A stretch of DNA of 64,000 nt from the sequence record PV287714.1. One strand, 5' to 3'. The notes beneath the pieces were generated by a model. The model did no database searches and was not told the DNA's origin. It worked only from the letters and a program-made list of their open reading frames with translations. Positions within the stretch are counted from its first letter, which is position 1. Each line of letters begins with the position of its first letter. Positions 36,951 to 46,987 of this stretch are shown piece by piece. The translations under genes were made by a program, and so were the position numbers. This DNA is from Escherichia phage HMD-9.

Positions 36951-36977
36951 AAAAAGCCCTAACCTTTCGGTCAGGGT
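36951..36977 (-). terminator. rho-independent terminator
   Basis: CCCUGACC-gaaa-GGUUAGGG stem plus CUUUUU on minus strand. Confidence 0.6.
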
Positions 36978-36985
36978 TAAGAATG

Positions 36986-37459
36986 TTATTTGATTTGTTT
37001 AGCAGACCAAATGCGGTCTTTAATAATTTTTTGGATGTCTTCAACATACTCTAGGTCATGAGCATGTGGGTTGTCTTTGAAACTATAAGCACGGGCTAAC
37101 TTTTGGCCTTCGGTTTTGATTACTAAAAGCTCTTTAAGGATAGCTTCATATTTAGCGATAATTCCTTTAACAATATTTTTTTCTTGTGCAGCTTTAGGAT
37201 CCGCTTTAGGAGCAGGTTTACCGGAAGGTTTTTCGAAAGCCGCACCAGTAGCAACCAGGCTTTTCCAGGCGGTGGTAACATAGTTACCCACAAAGCCTTC
37301 AGCTCTCATATCGTCGTAGAACTTGTACCGGGATTCGTCAGAAGCATCTTTATAAGAATATTTACCAGCTTTAATAGCAGCAGTTGCTACAGCGCGAACA
37401 TCTGAAGCGGATGCTTCATTTAACGCCACTTCATTTAAAAATTGAGCATATGATTTCAT
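36986..37459 (-). CDS. internal-protein-like, capsid-targeting N-terminus
   Basis: 157 aa; N-terminal MKSYAQFLNEVA. Confidence 0.6.
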   Translation of the reverse strand: MKSYAQFLNEVALNEASASDVRAVATAAIKAGKYSYKDASDESRYKFYDDMRAEGFVGNYVTTAWKSLVATGAAFEKPSGKPAPKADPKAAQEKNIVKGIIAKYEAILKELLVIKTEGQKLARAYSFKDNPHAHDLEYVEDIQKIIKDRIWSAKQIK

Positions 37460-37497
37460 CTTATTTCCTGTTTTAATTCGTGATTTAATACACTACT

Positions 37498-37505
37498 ATA
37501 TTTAT
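37498..37505 (-). promoter_or_regulatory. T4 late promoter box TATAAATA
   Basis: Plus tatttata at 37498-37505, immediately after terminator U-run and upstream of 36986..37459. Confidence 0.45.
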
Positions 37506-37508
37506 ACT

Positions 37509-37535
37509 AAAAAGCCCCAACCTTTCGGTCGGGGC
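37509..37535 (-). terminator. rho-independent terminator ending the tRNA/small-RNA transcript
   Basis: GCCCCGACC-gaaa-GGUUGGGGC stem plus U5 on minus strand. Confidence 0.6.
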
Positions 37536-37536
37536 T

Positions 37537-37846
37537 AAGCCTTGCGGCAACCTTGTCGGGGTTCCACCTGCTAAGGCAAGTGTTTGTACGAAACGCCGGG
37601 ATTCGAACCCGGTTATTAAGCAGTTGACGCTACTCAATATTTTAAAAGGCCATATCTCGACCATATCCGAACGTTCCGTCAAAAACGCTACTCGGCTTAC
37701 GGCAAAGATATTTCCTCGAATCGATAATTCGGTGCGCCGTTTCAGCTGTGATAGTAAAGAACCAGAACACAGTAAAACTGTGGGAGGAACTATACTCCAT
37801 GGAACATCAGTCCGACGACTTACCGGTAGCGACCCGGTTTCTTGTT
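37537..37846 (-). ncRNA. putative stable small RNA(s) downstream of tRNA-Arg (T4 species-1/2 RNA-like), with tRNA-like T-arm/acceptor element at 37588-37678
   Basis: No ORF; T-arm-like CCGGGTTCGAATCCCGG and 7-bp acceptor-like pairing but no canonical D/anticodon arms. Confidence 0.4.
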
Positions 37847-37922
37847 TGGTCGAGGCAGTAGGGGTCGAACCTACGACCTAGGACTTAGAAGGTCCTTGCT
37901 CTTCCTTCTGAGCTATGCCTCG
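37847..37922 (-). tRNA. tRNA-Arg (anticodon TCT), CCA encoded
   Basis: Manual fold: acceptor CGAGGCA/TGCCTCG, D-arm GCTC..GAGC, anticodon loop CTTCTAA, T-loop TTCGACC. Confidence 0.8.
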
Positions 37923-37926
37923 GATT

Positions 37927-38001
37927 TGGCGGACATGCATGGATTCGAACCATGGACCAATTGATTAACAGTCAACTGCTCTACCACTGAGCTACACATC
38001 C
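37927..38001 (-). tRNA. tRNA-Asn (anticodon GTT), CCA encoded
   Basis: Manual fold: acceptor with two G-U pairs, D-arm GCTCAGTGGTAGAGC, anticodon loop CTGTTAA, T-loop TTCGAAT. Confidence 0.7.
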
Positions 38002-38005
38002 AAAT

Positions 38006-38092
38006 TGGTGGGGAGTGATGGAGTCGAACCACCCGAGTCGCAATGACAATGGATTTACAGTCCACACCGCTACCTCTACGGGATAACTCCCC
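38006..38092 (-). tRNA. tRNA-Tyr (anticodon GTA), long variable arm, CCA encoded
   Basis: Manual fold: acceptor GGGGAGT/ACTCCCC, anticodon loop CTGTAAA, T-loop TTCGACT. Confidence 0.7.
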
Positions 38093-38101
38093 TAATTAAT
38101 T

Positions 38102-38176
38102 TGGTGGCCCTGGGTGGAATTGAACCACCATCTGGCGATTATGAGTCGCTTGCTTGAACCTTCCAGCTACAGGGCC
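38102..38176 (-). tRNA. tRNA with CAT anticodon (Met, or Ile if lysidine-modified), CCA encoded
   Basis: Manual fold: acceptor GGCCCTG/CAGGGCC, anticodon loop CTCATAA, T-loop TTCAATT. Confidence 0.7.
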
Positions 38177-38177
38177 T

Positions 38178-38253
38178 TGGTGCTGATTGACGGAATCGAA
38201 CCGCCGACCTTCTCATTACAAGTGAGTTGCTCTACCTACTGAGCTAAATCAGC
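38178..38253 (-). tRNA. tRNA-Thr (anticodon TGT), CCA encoded
   Basis: Manual fold: acceptor GCTGATT/AATCAGC, anticodon loop CTTGTAA, T-loop TTCGATT. Confidence 0.8.
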
Positions 38254-38258
38254 AAAAC

Positions 38259-38348
38259 TGGCGGAGGCGATAGGATTTGAACCTATGAGTCGCCGGAGCG
38301 ACTGCCGGTTTTCAAGACCGGTGCATTAAACCACTCTGCCACGCCTCC
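38259..38348 (-). tRNA. tRNA-Ser (anticodon TGA), long variable arm, CCA encoded
   Basis: GGAGGCGTGGCAGAGTGG...anticodon loop CTTGAAA...TTCAAATCC; matches recalled T4 tRNA-Ser. Confidence 0.85.
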
Positions 38349-38350
38349 AG

Positions 38351-38424
38351 TCTCCGTGGCAGGATTTGAACCTGCGACATTCTGCTCCCAAAGCAGACGC
38401 TCTACCAAACTGAGCTACACGGAG
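38351..38424 (-). tRNA. tRNA-Pro (anticodon TGG), no encoded CCA
   Basis: Manual fold: acceptor CTCCGTG/CACGGAG, anticodon loop TTTGGGA; 2-nt spacer to tRNA-Ser. Confidence 0.8.
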
Positions 38425-38434
38425 TAAATTAAAT

Positions 38435-38508
<74 letters not shown>

Positions 38509-38513
38509 AAATT

Positions 38514-38600
38514 TGGTGCGAGAAGTGGGACTCGAACCCACAAGGAAATCATTCCGCAGCATTTTAAGTGCTGTGCCTTTACCAATTTGACCATTCTCGC
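38514..38600 (-). tRNA. tRNA-Leu (anticodon TAA), long variable arm, CCA encoded
   Basis: GCGAGAATGGTCAAATTGGTAAAGGCACAGCACTTAAAATGCTG... matches recalled T4 tRNA-Leu. Confidence 0.88.
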
Positions 38601-38601
38601 G

Positions 38602-38674
38602 CTGGGAATAAAGGACTCGAACCTTTGCATCTAGCAGTCAAAGTGCTATGCCTTACCAACTTGGCTAATTCCCA
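38602..38674 (-). tRNA. tRNA-Gln (anticodon TTG), no encoded CCA, 1-nt spacer to tRNA-Leu
   Basis: TGGGAATTAGCCAAGTTGGTAAGGCATAGCACTTTGACTGCT...; Gln-Leu dimer arrangement as recalled for T4. Confidence 0.85.
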
Positions 38675-38771
38675 ATTATTAACAAAGGCTCTCAAACAAG
38701 AACCCTTGATGATAGAGGGTATTAATCGGTGCGATATGAGTTAATAATAACAAATAATTCTTAAAGCATAT

Positions 38772-39059
38772 TTACCATTTATGATAATACATATTTACGA
38801 TGCATTCAAGACCCAAAGGATTCTTGAAAATATCATATTCAAGAGGACCTTTTTCTGTTTCAATAAAGAAATCAAAATTTACTGTATTAAATTTACGGTC
38901 TTCCTTCACTAATTTAACTTGAGAAGATGAACGGTCAATGTAAACCTTTTCAACTTCAAAACATGTTAAAATGCCATAATCATCAATCAAGGCTTTCGCC
39001 GCGTCTTGATCATATTTATATCCATTTTCAATGGATGATACTTTCGCATAAAGAATCAT
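38772..39059 (-). CDS. hypothetical protein
   Basis: ORF track 95 aa. Confidence 0.5.
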   Translation of the reverse strand: MILYAKVSSIENGYKYDQDAAKALIDDYGILTCFEVEKVYIDRSSSQVKLVKEDRKFNTVNFDFFIETEKGPLEYDIFKNPLGLECIVNMYYHKW

Positions 39060-39061
39060 TA

Positions 39062-39454
39062 TCAGCCTTCATCAACAATAGTATGCGTATTGGCATTTAC
39101 GATTTGCCACCAATCAAAGCGATTAGAACCATAATCTGGTTTGTTTTCATTTTCTTTGATAATGTCACGAAGTTCATCTTCAGTAGCGGCTTTCGCGATT
39201 AAATCAGCATATCCACCACGAGGATAATAATTATCACCTGCAAAAAGTAAAAAGTTTGGTTTAATATTATTGAACTCTTCAAGAGTAATAACTTTTCCTG
39301 ATGGTAGTTGAACAATCTCTACATATTTATATCCTAATTTTTGAGCAGCATCTACTGCTTCAAGCAAAGTATCATGAGCCCATCCAATTTGACAACCTGG
39401 CTTTTCAGATGGATTAGCCTGATAATCCGCGTACACTTTATACATTCTATTCAC
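39062..39454 (-). CDS. hypothetical protein
   Basis: ORF track 130 aa. Confidence 0.55.
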   Translation of the reverse strand: MNRMYKVYADYQANPSEKPGCQIGWAHDTLLEAVDAAQKLGYKYVEIVQLPSGKVITLEEFNNIKPNFLLFAGDNYYPRGGYADLIAKAATEDELRDIIKENENKPDYGSNRFDWWQIVNANTHTIVDEG

Positions 39455-39632
39455 CTTTAGAAATTTTATCCATAACGATAGCGATTAAACCAATTAAAAA
39501 TGCTACTACAAGTGAAAAAACATTTTCTGCTGTAGTCAATAATCCGCATATAAATCCAACAAACATTGAAAAACTAAAAGCGGAAGCAGAAATTGCAATA
39601 GCAACATTTCGAATTAATTCACAACGTTTCAT
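39447..39632 (-). CDS. small membrane protein (two hydrophobic segments)
   Basis: 61 aa; early promoter directly upstream. Confidence 0.5.
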   Translation of the reverse strand: MKRCELIRNVAIAISASAFSFSMFVGFICGLLTTAENVFSLVVAFLIGLIAIVMDKISKGE

Positions 39633-39660
39633 TTTATTCTCCTCTGTAGTTGATAGGGTA

Positions 39661-39690
39661 ATAGTATCACTACCCTATCTAAAAGTAAAC
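39661..39690 (-). promoter_or_regulatory. T4-type early promoter (GTTTAC-N18-TACTAT)
   Basis: Reverse complement GTTTACttttagatagggtagtgaTACTAT. Confidence 0.6.
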
Positions 39691-39702
39691 TGTTTTTATA
39701 AA

Positions 39703-40011
39703 CTATTTTATTCCGCGTGATGCAATTGTATTCTGTCGTTTAGCACCAGTTTGTTTAAAGTCATGATTGTCGATTTGATCGGTACGAGCAACTCCGAATG
39801 ATGATTTAATCTTAGCTTTAGATCCTTTAGTTATAGAAATAAACATCTCGGAAGCCCCTTTCTTAAAGTCCGAAGCAATTACTTCAACACCGTTCTTAGC
39901 AAGTGACTTCAGAATTGCCTCCGCGTACTCATCATCAAGACTCGCTTGAGTATTAATAACGAATGTCTTTGGTGCAGCCGCTTCATTGATAAATTCTTTA
40001 AATGTTTTCAT
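39703..40011 (-). CDS. internal-protein-like, capsid-targeting N-terminus (IPI-like position next to 57B)
   Basis: 102 aa; N-terminal MKTFKEFINEAA. Confidence 0.65.
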   Translation of the reverse strand: MKTFKEFINEAAAPKTFVINTQASLDDEYAEAILKSLAKNGVEVIASDFKKGASEMFISITKGSKAKIKSSFGVARTDQIDNHDFKQTGAKRQNTIASRGIK

Positions 40012-40041
40012 TTTATTTTCCTAATTAATTTTGATGAGATA

Positions 40042-40071
40042 ATAGTATCACTACCCTATCTAAAAGTAAAC
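40042..40071 (-). promoter_or_regulatory. T4-type early promoter (GTTTAC-N18-TACTAT)
   Basis: Reverse complement GTTTACttttagatagggtagtgaTACTAT (near-identical to the cassette at 39661). Confidence 0.6.
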
Positions 40072-40344
40072 TCATTTTAAATAAATTGCGTATTTTTTAT
40101 AGCCACCAGGCTCGTGTCGAAGACCCCTATCATTAGCAAAACGCTCAATGTTGTTAATTTGATTCTGGTCAAGTTCAGAGATGTCAAACACGAAATAGTT
40201 ACGTTTGTTACCAACTGTTACATAGTCAGTTAAATCAATACCATATAGGTAATTGATGTCAGCAATCATAGTCTTGACAGCTTTGCTAATTTTTACTTTT
40301 TCGTTAAAAGTAGCTTCATTGATAAATTCTTTAAATGTTTTCAT
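40072..40344 (-). CDS. internal-protein-like, capsid-targeting N-terminus
   Basis: Start at MKTFKEFINEAT (ORF track frame 40072..40356). Confidence 0.65.
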   Translation of the reverse strand: MKTFKEFINEATFNEKVKISKAVKTMIADINYLYGIDLTDYVTVGNKRNYFVFDISELDQNQINNIERFANDRGLRHEPGGYKKYAIYLK

Positions 40345-40380
40345 TTTATTCTCCAATCACTCATTTGTTTTGATAGGGTA

Positions 40381-40410
40381 ATAGTATCACAACTAAAACC
40401 CCGTGTAAAC
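40381..40410 (-). promoter_or_regulatory. T4-type early promoter (GTTTAC-N18-TACTAT)
   Basis: Reverse complement GTTTACacggggttttagttgtgaTACTAT. Confidence 0.6.
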
Positions 40411-40422
40411 AACTTTGTGAAA

Positions 40423-41119
<697 letters not shown>

Positions 41120-41120
<1 letters not shown>

Positions 41121-41845
41121 TATAGTACCTTTAGTGTATTTTTAATTTTAGAAAAAAGTTCTTCAAGAGAACCATCGTTTGTAATTACTAAATCGCCATC
41201 ACGAATTGGCAATCCAGCTTCTGTAATATGAGTATCATTGGATTTTTGACCAGGACGAACTACATGAATTACTGTAGCACCCATCGCCCTAGCCGCATCC
41301 ATTTCATGATCTTGACGAGTATCAGGAACGATATAGTAATCATAGCCTGAGTTAAATTTATCAAGATAATCTAAAGCAAATAATTTTACCCAATACATGC
41401 GGTCGAAGTTATTAACAATCAAATCCGTACCTAGGGCTTGCATCAGACGACGGACTGACCATTGATCTTCAATATTATTTATAACGTCAGCAATCTTGTT
41501 AAATGCTACGAAAGTAACTGATTCTTTTCCTTCGTCATCAAAAACAAACACGCCTTTAATTGGGCTTTTACTATTAAGATAGCAAAATGCTTGTTCCATA
41601 ATCGTAATTACTTCTAATTTAGTCAGATTCAAATTAGTCTCACGATCATAGTCAATTCCTTCAAATTCTTTACGAGTTAAGCAAGGATAGTCAGTGTTTG
41701 TTGCAAATACTCCCCATGCATAAGCCAATGCATCTTTAATAGGACCAGCAAGTTGATATTTAACTGCAGAATAATTTTCCATGATAAAATCTGCGGTAGT
41801 ATCTTTTCCACTACGCTTTACACCACTTAAAAAGATTAGTTTCAT
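41120..41845 (-). CDS. 1: deoxynucleoside monophosphate kinase
   Basis: 241 aa; MKLIFLSGVKRSGKDT P-loop; matches recalled T4 gp1. Confidence 0.92.
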
Positions 41846-41894
41846 ATGTTTCTCCTCAAATTTAGTTAAGATTATAACACATGAAACTTAAGCA

Positions 41895-42425
41895 TTAAAC
41901 TTCTGCTATAATTTTACCATCTTTTTCTACTTGAAAATACGTATAAGGAATCGTTGCTGTACATACTAAAGCTGGGTCTGAATCTTCTGTGTAGCTAAAT
42001 TCTACTTCGGACAGGTCAGAAACCCAGGGCTTATAAAAATTTATTGACATCACGATTTCAGTTTTACTATTATCTAAAATGTAAAGCGTAATGTATTCAG
42101 GACCTGTTTTTTGGGCAGTATTTTCGCCTATAAGATAGTTACTAGTTCCTAGCATCCATTCATACATTCCTATCCACGACTTAAGCTCTTCATCAACTAT
42201 AAATCTCACGATGAGTGGGTCGTACTCAAATGTAACTCCTGGACGTTGTGCTCTGCCCAGTCCAAACGGCCCAGTCACGGTATCAGTAACAGGTATCCTA
42301 ATTCCCGGAATAGGAACTGACTGAGCATTTAAAGTAAAAGCAGATGTAGTATTACTATGCGGTATTGATACTACAAAGTTAGTTGTATTTGCTTGGTTAA
42401 AAATTTGTTGTAGCGCTTGCGACAT
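41895..42425 (-). CDS. 3: tail tube terminator / sheath stabiliser gp3
   Basis: Start at MSQALQQIFNQ (176 aa) with GAGGA RBS; ORF track frame 41895..42506; T4 order 1-3-2-4. Confidence 0.8.
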   Translation of the reverse strand: MSQALQQIFNQANTTNFVVSIPHSNTTSAFTLNAQSVPIPGIRIPVTDTVTGPFGLGRAQRPGVTFEYDPLIVRFIVDEELKSWIGMYEWMLGTSNYLIGENTAQKTGPEYITLYILDNSKTEIVMSINFYKPWVSDLSEVEFSYTEDSDPALVCTATIPYTYFQVEKDGKIIAEV

Positions 42426-42531
42426 ATATTCCTCATAATGCTTTATAAGTGTTGGTGGTATAATGGGTCTAAGTCCCTTCCATTCAATTCCAATTAGAAC
42501 AAACAATAGAAAAGAATGGAAGATAATAGAA

Positions 42532-43356
42532 TTAGATATTTGACCAGACTTTGTTTGCAGAGAAACGTTTTCCTTTTGAAACGAACTGCTGAAGTGGCAT
42601 TAACACAACGTTCGCCCAGTCTTTCGGGGCGATTTCAACAAGGCTACCCATAATATTACCAGGTATATATGCCTTAATCATTTGGTCTGCACCCCTAAAT
42701 CCTTTCACTTGACTCCAATCAATTTTTAATTTCGTTTTATTAGTAATAGTAGGTGTATTTGAATATTGCTTTAAAAGCTCTTCTAGAAATTGCTGACGAG
42801 CTTTAGGTGGAATATAGTGCAAGTTTAATCCGTACATTAAATTATGCTTACCTAAACCAAGGTAAATTATCAAAGGAAATTTATCCCAGTAAGGAAGAGT
42901 TTCTTTGTGTTTAGCATCGTAAGCAAAAGCATATATTCGTCCCGGCTGCGGGCGAACAACTTTATGTCCTTTTACTTGCTTAATAGTTTCAGCAAACCAC
43001 TTTCTGGTTTTATTATTAATTGCTGCACCTTCATTACGAATTTTATCACGCAACGTTTGCCTGAATGAATTTATCATAAGCAGTTGTCTTTCTTGCTTAT
43101 TGAGTTTATTCATTGGTTTTGATTCAAGCTTTTGAATCTTTTCAGCCGTTTTAATTCCTGAAGCATATTTTGACATTGCCGAAGTAAACGTAGAATATTT
43201 AATTCCTCTTTCTTCAGCAAATTGCTTTCCTGTCATTCCTTTTGCTTTGGCCTTTTTGTATTCAAGACCTATCTGAATCCATTTCTTTTCGTTTAATGAT
43301 TGCTTAACCTTTGGAACTTGGGGAGTGCTTTCATTAATTATTTGAAAAATAGCCAT
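42532..43356 (-). CDS. 2: DNA end-protector protein gp2
   Basis: 274 aa; T4 synteny and size. Confidence 0.85.
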   Translation of the reverse strand: MAIFQIINESTPQVPKVKQSLNEKKWIQIGLEYKKAKAKGMTGKQFAEERGIKYSTFTSAMSKYASGIKTAEKIQKLESKPMNKLNKQERQLLMINSFRQTLRDKIRNEGAAINNKTRKWFAETIKQVKGHKVVRPQPGRIYAFAYDAKHKETLPYWDKFPLIIYLGLGKHNLMYGLNLHYIPPKARQQFLEELLKQYSNTPTITNKTKLKIDWSQVKGFRGADQMIKAYIPGNIMGSLVEIAPKDWANVVLMPLQQFVSKGKRFSANKVWSNI

Positions 43357-43808
43357 TATGCCCCCTTAAAGCCAAGAGCTCGTAATCCATCTTCTGTTAG
43401 AATTCTAAATTTTATTCCACGCTTTTCAGCTAAAGCTTGAGCTGCTTTCCATTTATCAGTATTAACGGAATATGTATAAATTTCATTCATAAATCTTTTC
43501 TTCGCTGCAGTTGTTAGATGTGCCGGTTTAACTGGTGGTTGTGTTTCTTTTTTAGGTTTTATTTCAATAAAAAATTCTTGCCCAGAAGAATCTTTCATCC
43601 AAATATCCATGAAGTATCTACGTTTTTTCCCTTCTGCATTACAAAAATAAGGAATTACTGCTGTTTCACTACCCCATGCAATAATTTCTGGATTTTTATC
43701 TAACCATTCAAAAAAGAATTTTTCCCAATTTGATCTATACGTAATTTTTTTAGGGTCACCTCTATATTTTGATATATTTTTAGGAACCCATTTTCCAGAA
43801 TATGCCAT
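43356..43808 (-). CDS. 4: head completion protein gp4
   Basis: 150 aa; T4 synteny and size; late promoter upstream. Confidence 0.85.
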   Translation of the reverse strand: MAYSGKWVPKNISKYRGDPKKITYRSNWEKFFFEWLDKNPEIIAWGSETAVIPYFCNAEGKKRRYFMDIWMKDSSGQEFFIEIKPKKETQPPVKPAHLTTAAKKRFMNEIYTYSVNTDKWKAAQALAEKRGIKFRILTEDGLRALGFKGA

Positions 43809-43819
43809 TGGATTCTCCT

Positions 43820-43827
43820 TATAAATA
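43820..43827 (+). promoter_or_regulatory. T4 late promoter box TATAAATA for gene 53
   Basis: tataaata at 43820-43827, about 28 nt upstream of ATG 43856 with AGGAGGG RBS. Confidence 0.65.
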
Positions 43828-43834
43828 TATTATC

Positions 43835-43842
43835 TATTTATA
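43835..43842 (-). promoter_or_regulatory. T4 late promoter box TATAAATA for gene 4 (divergent partner)
   Basis: Plus tatttata at 43835-43842 = TATAAATA on minus; AAGGAG RBS then ATG 43808. Confidence 0.6.
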
Positions 43843-43855
43843 AACAGGAGGGCCC

Positions 43856-44446
43856 ATGCTCTTTACATTTTTTGATCCGATTGAATATGCGGCCAAAACG
43901 GTGAATAAAAACGCGCCGACTATTCCTATGACAGATATTTTTAGAAACTATAAAGACTATTTTAAACGCGCTCTTGCGGGATACCGCTTACGTACTTATT
44001 ATATTAAAGGTTCACCACGCCCAGAAGAATTAGCAAATGCTATATATGGAAATCCGCAGTTGTATTGGGTTTTATTGATGTGTAATGATAATTATGATCC
44101 GTATTATGGATGGATTACTTCACAAGAAGCTGCTTATCAAGCATCTATACAAAAATACAAAAACGTAGGTGGAGACCAAATAGTATATCATGTGAATGAG
44201 AACGGTGAAAAATTTTATAATTTAATATCATACGATGATAATCCATATGTTTGGTATGACAAAGGTGATAAAGCTAGAAAATATCCTCAATATGAAGGAG
44301 CACTTGCTGCGGTCGATACGTATGAAGCGGCTGTTCTTGAAAATGAAAAACTTCGTCAAATAAAAATAATAGCAAAATCAGACATCAATTCATTTATGAA
44401 CGACCTTATACGTATAATGGAGAAATCTTATGGAAATGATAAGTAA
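43856..44446 (+). CDS. 53: baseplate wedge protein gp53
   Basis: 196 aa; T4 synteny and recalled sequence. Confidence 0.9.
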   Translation: MLFTFFDPIEYAAKTVNKNAPTIPMTDIFRNYKDYFKRALAGYRLRTYYIKGSPRPEELANAIYGNPQLYWVLLMCNDNYDPYYGWITSQEAAYQASIQKYKNVGGDQIVYHVNENGEKFYNLISYDDNPYVWYDKGDKARKYPQYEGALAAVDTYEAAVLENEKLRQIKIIAKSDINSFMNDLIRIMEKSYGNDK

Positions 44447-46157
44447 TAACCTTAATTGGTTTGTTGGTGTTGTTGAAGATAGAATGGACCCATTAAAATT
44501 AGGTCGTGTTCGTGTTCGTGTGGTTGGTTTGCATCCACCTCAAAGAGCGCAAGGCGACGTAATGGGTATTCCAACCGATAAATTACCATGGATGTCAGTT
44601 ATTCAACCTATAACTTCTGCAGCAATGTCTGGAATTGGAGGTTCTGTTACTGGACCGGTAGAAGGAACTAGAGTTTATGGTCATTTTTTAGACAAATGGA
44701 AAACTAATGGAATTGTCCTTGGCACGTATGGTGGAATAGTTCGCGAAAAGCCTAATAGACTTGAAGGATTTTCTGACCCAACTGGACAGTATCCTAGACG
44801 TCTAGGAAATGATACTAACGTATTAAACCAAGGCGGAGAAGTAGGATATGATTCGTCTTCTAATATTATCCAAGATAGCAATCTAGACACTGCGATAAAT
44901 CCTGATGATAGACCGCTATCAGAGATTCCAACTGATGATAATCCAAATATGTCAATGGCTGAAATGCTTCGCCGTGATGAAGGATTAAGACTAAAAGTTT
45001 ATTGGGATACTGAAGGATATCCGACAATTGGCATTGGTCATCTTATCATGAAGCAGCCAGTTCGTGATATGACTCAAATTAATAAAGTTTTATCAAAACA
45101 AGTTGGTCGTGAAATTACCGGAAATCCAGGTTCTATTACAATGGAAGAAGCGGTAACTTTATTTGAACGTGATTTGGCTGATATGCAACGTGACATTAAA
45201 TCACATTCTAAAGTTGGCCCAGTTTGGAAAGCAGTTAATCGTTCTCGTCAAATGGCATTAGAAAATATGGCATTTCAGATGGGTGTTGGCGGTGTAGCTA
45301 AATTTAACACAATGTTAACAGCTATGTTAGCCGGAGATTGGGAAAAAGCATATAAAGCTGGTCGTGATTCATTGTGGTATCAACAAACAAAAGGCCGTGC
45401 ATCTCGTGTTACCATGATTATTCTTACAGGGAATTTGGAATCATACGGTATTGAAGTGAAAACACCGGCTAGGTCTTTGTCTGCAATGGCTGCTACTGTA
45501 GCAAAGTCTTCTGATCCAGCTGACCCTCCTATTCCGAGTGATTCGAGAATTTTATTTAAAGAACCTGTTTCTTCATATAAAGGTGAATATCCGTATGTTC
45601 ATACAATGGAAACTGAAAGCGGTCATATTCAGGAATTTGATGATACCCCTGGGCAAGAACGATACAGATTAGTTCATCCGACTGGAACATATGAGGAAGT
45701 ATCACCGTCAGGAAGAAGAACAAGAAAAACTGTTGACAATTTGTATGATATAACAAATGCTGATGGTAATTTTTTGGTAGCTGGCGATAAAAAGACTAAC
45801 GTCGGTGGATCAGAAATTTACTACAACATGGATAATCGTCTTCACCAAATAGATGGAAGCAACACAATATTTGTCCGCGGCGATGAAACTAAGACGGTTG
45901 AAGGTAATGGAACTATCCTAGTCAAAGGTAATGTTACTATTGTAGTTGAAGGTAATGCTGACATTACAGTTAAAGGGGATGCTACTACTTTAGTTGAAGG
46001 AAACCAGACTAATACAGTAAATGGAAATCTTTCTTGGAAAGTTGCTGGGACAGTTGATTGGGACGTTGGTGGTGATTGGACAGAAAAAATGGCATCTATG
46101 AGTTCTATTTCATCTGGTCAATACACAATTGATGGATCGAGGATTGACATTGGCTAA
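44430..46157 (+). CDS. 5: baseplate hub and tail lysozyme gp5 (OB domain, lysozyme domain, C-terminal beta-helix)
   Basis: 575 aa; lysozyme segment MAEMLRRDEGLRLKVYWDTEGYPTIGIGHL; VxGxxxxx beta-helix repeats. Confidence 0.95.
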   Translation: MEMISNNLNWFVGVVEDRMDPLKLGRVRVRVVGLHPPQRAQGDVMGIPTDKLPWMSVIQPITSAAMSGIGGSVTGPVEGTRVYGHFLDKWKTNGIVLGTYGGIVREKPNRLEGFSDPTGQYPRRLGNDTNVLNQGGEVGYDSSSNIIQDSNLDTAINPDDRPLSEIPTDDNPNMSMAEMLRRDEGLRLKVYWDTEGYPTIGIGHLIMKQPVRDMTQINKVLSKQVGREITGNPGSITMEEAVTLFERDLADMQRDIKSHSKVGPVWKAVNRSRQMALENMAFQMGVGGVAKFNTMLTAMLAGDWEKAYKAGRDSLWYQQTKGRASRVTMIILTGNLESYGIEVKTPARSLSAMAATVAKSSDPADPPIPSDSRILFKEPVSSYKGEYPYVHTMETESGHIQEFDDTPGQERYRLVHPTGTYEEVSPSGRRTRKTVDNLYDITNADGNFLVAGDKKTNVGGSEIYYNMDNRLHQIDGSNTIFVRGDETKTVEGNGTILVKGNVTIVVEGNADITVKGDATTLVEGNQTNTVNGNLSWKVAGTVDWDVGGDWTEKMASMSSISSGQYTIDGSRIDIG

Positions 46158-46167
46158 TATACTTCCA

Positions 46168-46686
46168 ATGAGCGCTGATTTAGGAGAATCCATGGAAGGT
46201 TCTTCTATCGACGTCACCTTTACCGCTCAATTAGAAACAGGTGAAACGTTAGTATCTATAAATATAACTAGTTACGAAGAAACTCCTGGGGTTTTAGTAG
46301 AAGAAAATCGTTTATATGGAACGTATGAATCTGTGTTTGGATTTGGAAATGATGCATTGAAATATCGTTTAGATGATGAATTTAAAACTGCTGCTTCATG
46401 GGAAGACCTTCCAACTGATTCTAATACTCAGTTATATCTATGGAAAGCTCCTCAAAACCTTCAGAAGACATTCACTTACGAAGTAACATTAATATATGAC
46501 TACCAAGAACAAAGTGAATCTGGAGGTTCTGGCAGTAATTCTAGGTCATCTTCTGATACTACTGAACCAACCGATCCTCCAGCTCCAATAAGAAAAACTC
46601 TTGTTAAAAATTACACAAAAACTATAGTTGGAAATTGGAGTCGTTGGGCTAATAAATTGAGAAGCTACGTATATGAGAGGCAATAA
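46168..46686 (+). CDS. gp5.1-like protein of unknown function
   Basis: ORF track frame 46129..46686; first ATG after gp5 stop at 46168. Confidence 0.6.
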
Positions 46687-46979
46687 TGTCAGGATTAAGT
46701 TATGATAAGTGTGTTACTGCTGGCCATGAAGCGTGGCCTCCAACAGTTGTGAATGCTACACAAAGTAAAGTATTCACTGGAGGAATTGCTGTTCTCGTAG
46801 CAGGTGATCCAATTACAGAACATACAGAAATTAAAAAGCCATATGAAACACATGGCGGAGTGACACAACCTAGAACTTCTAAGGTATATGTCACTGGAAA
46901 GAAAGCTGTTCAAATGGCTGATCCAATATCATGCGGTGATACTGTAGCTCAGGCATCATCTAAAGTATTCATTAAATAG
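46686..46979 (+). CDS. 5.4: PAAR-repeat spike-tip protein gp5.4
   Basis: 97 aa; size and position between 5 and 6. Confidence 0.8.
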
Positions 46980-46987
46980 GATTTAAA

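Noticed and set aside
37588-37678. Possible eleventh tRNA
   Set aside because: Has a T-arm and acceptor-like helix, but no acceptable D-arm or anticodon stem-loop could be drawn; kept as part of a small-RNA region instead
44681-44890. Minus-strand ORFs inside late structural genes (also 45556..45756, 48496..48693, 50765..51154, 52411..52746, 54831..55052, 56054..56332, 57627..57818, 58435..58707)
   Set aside because: Embedded antisense within gp5, gp6, gp7, gp8, gp10, gp11, gp12 and wac, whose identities are secure
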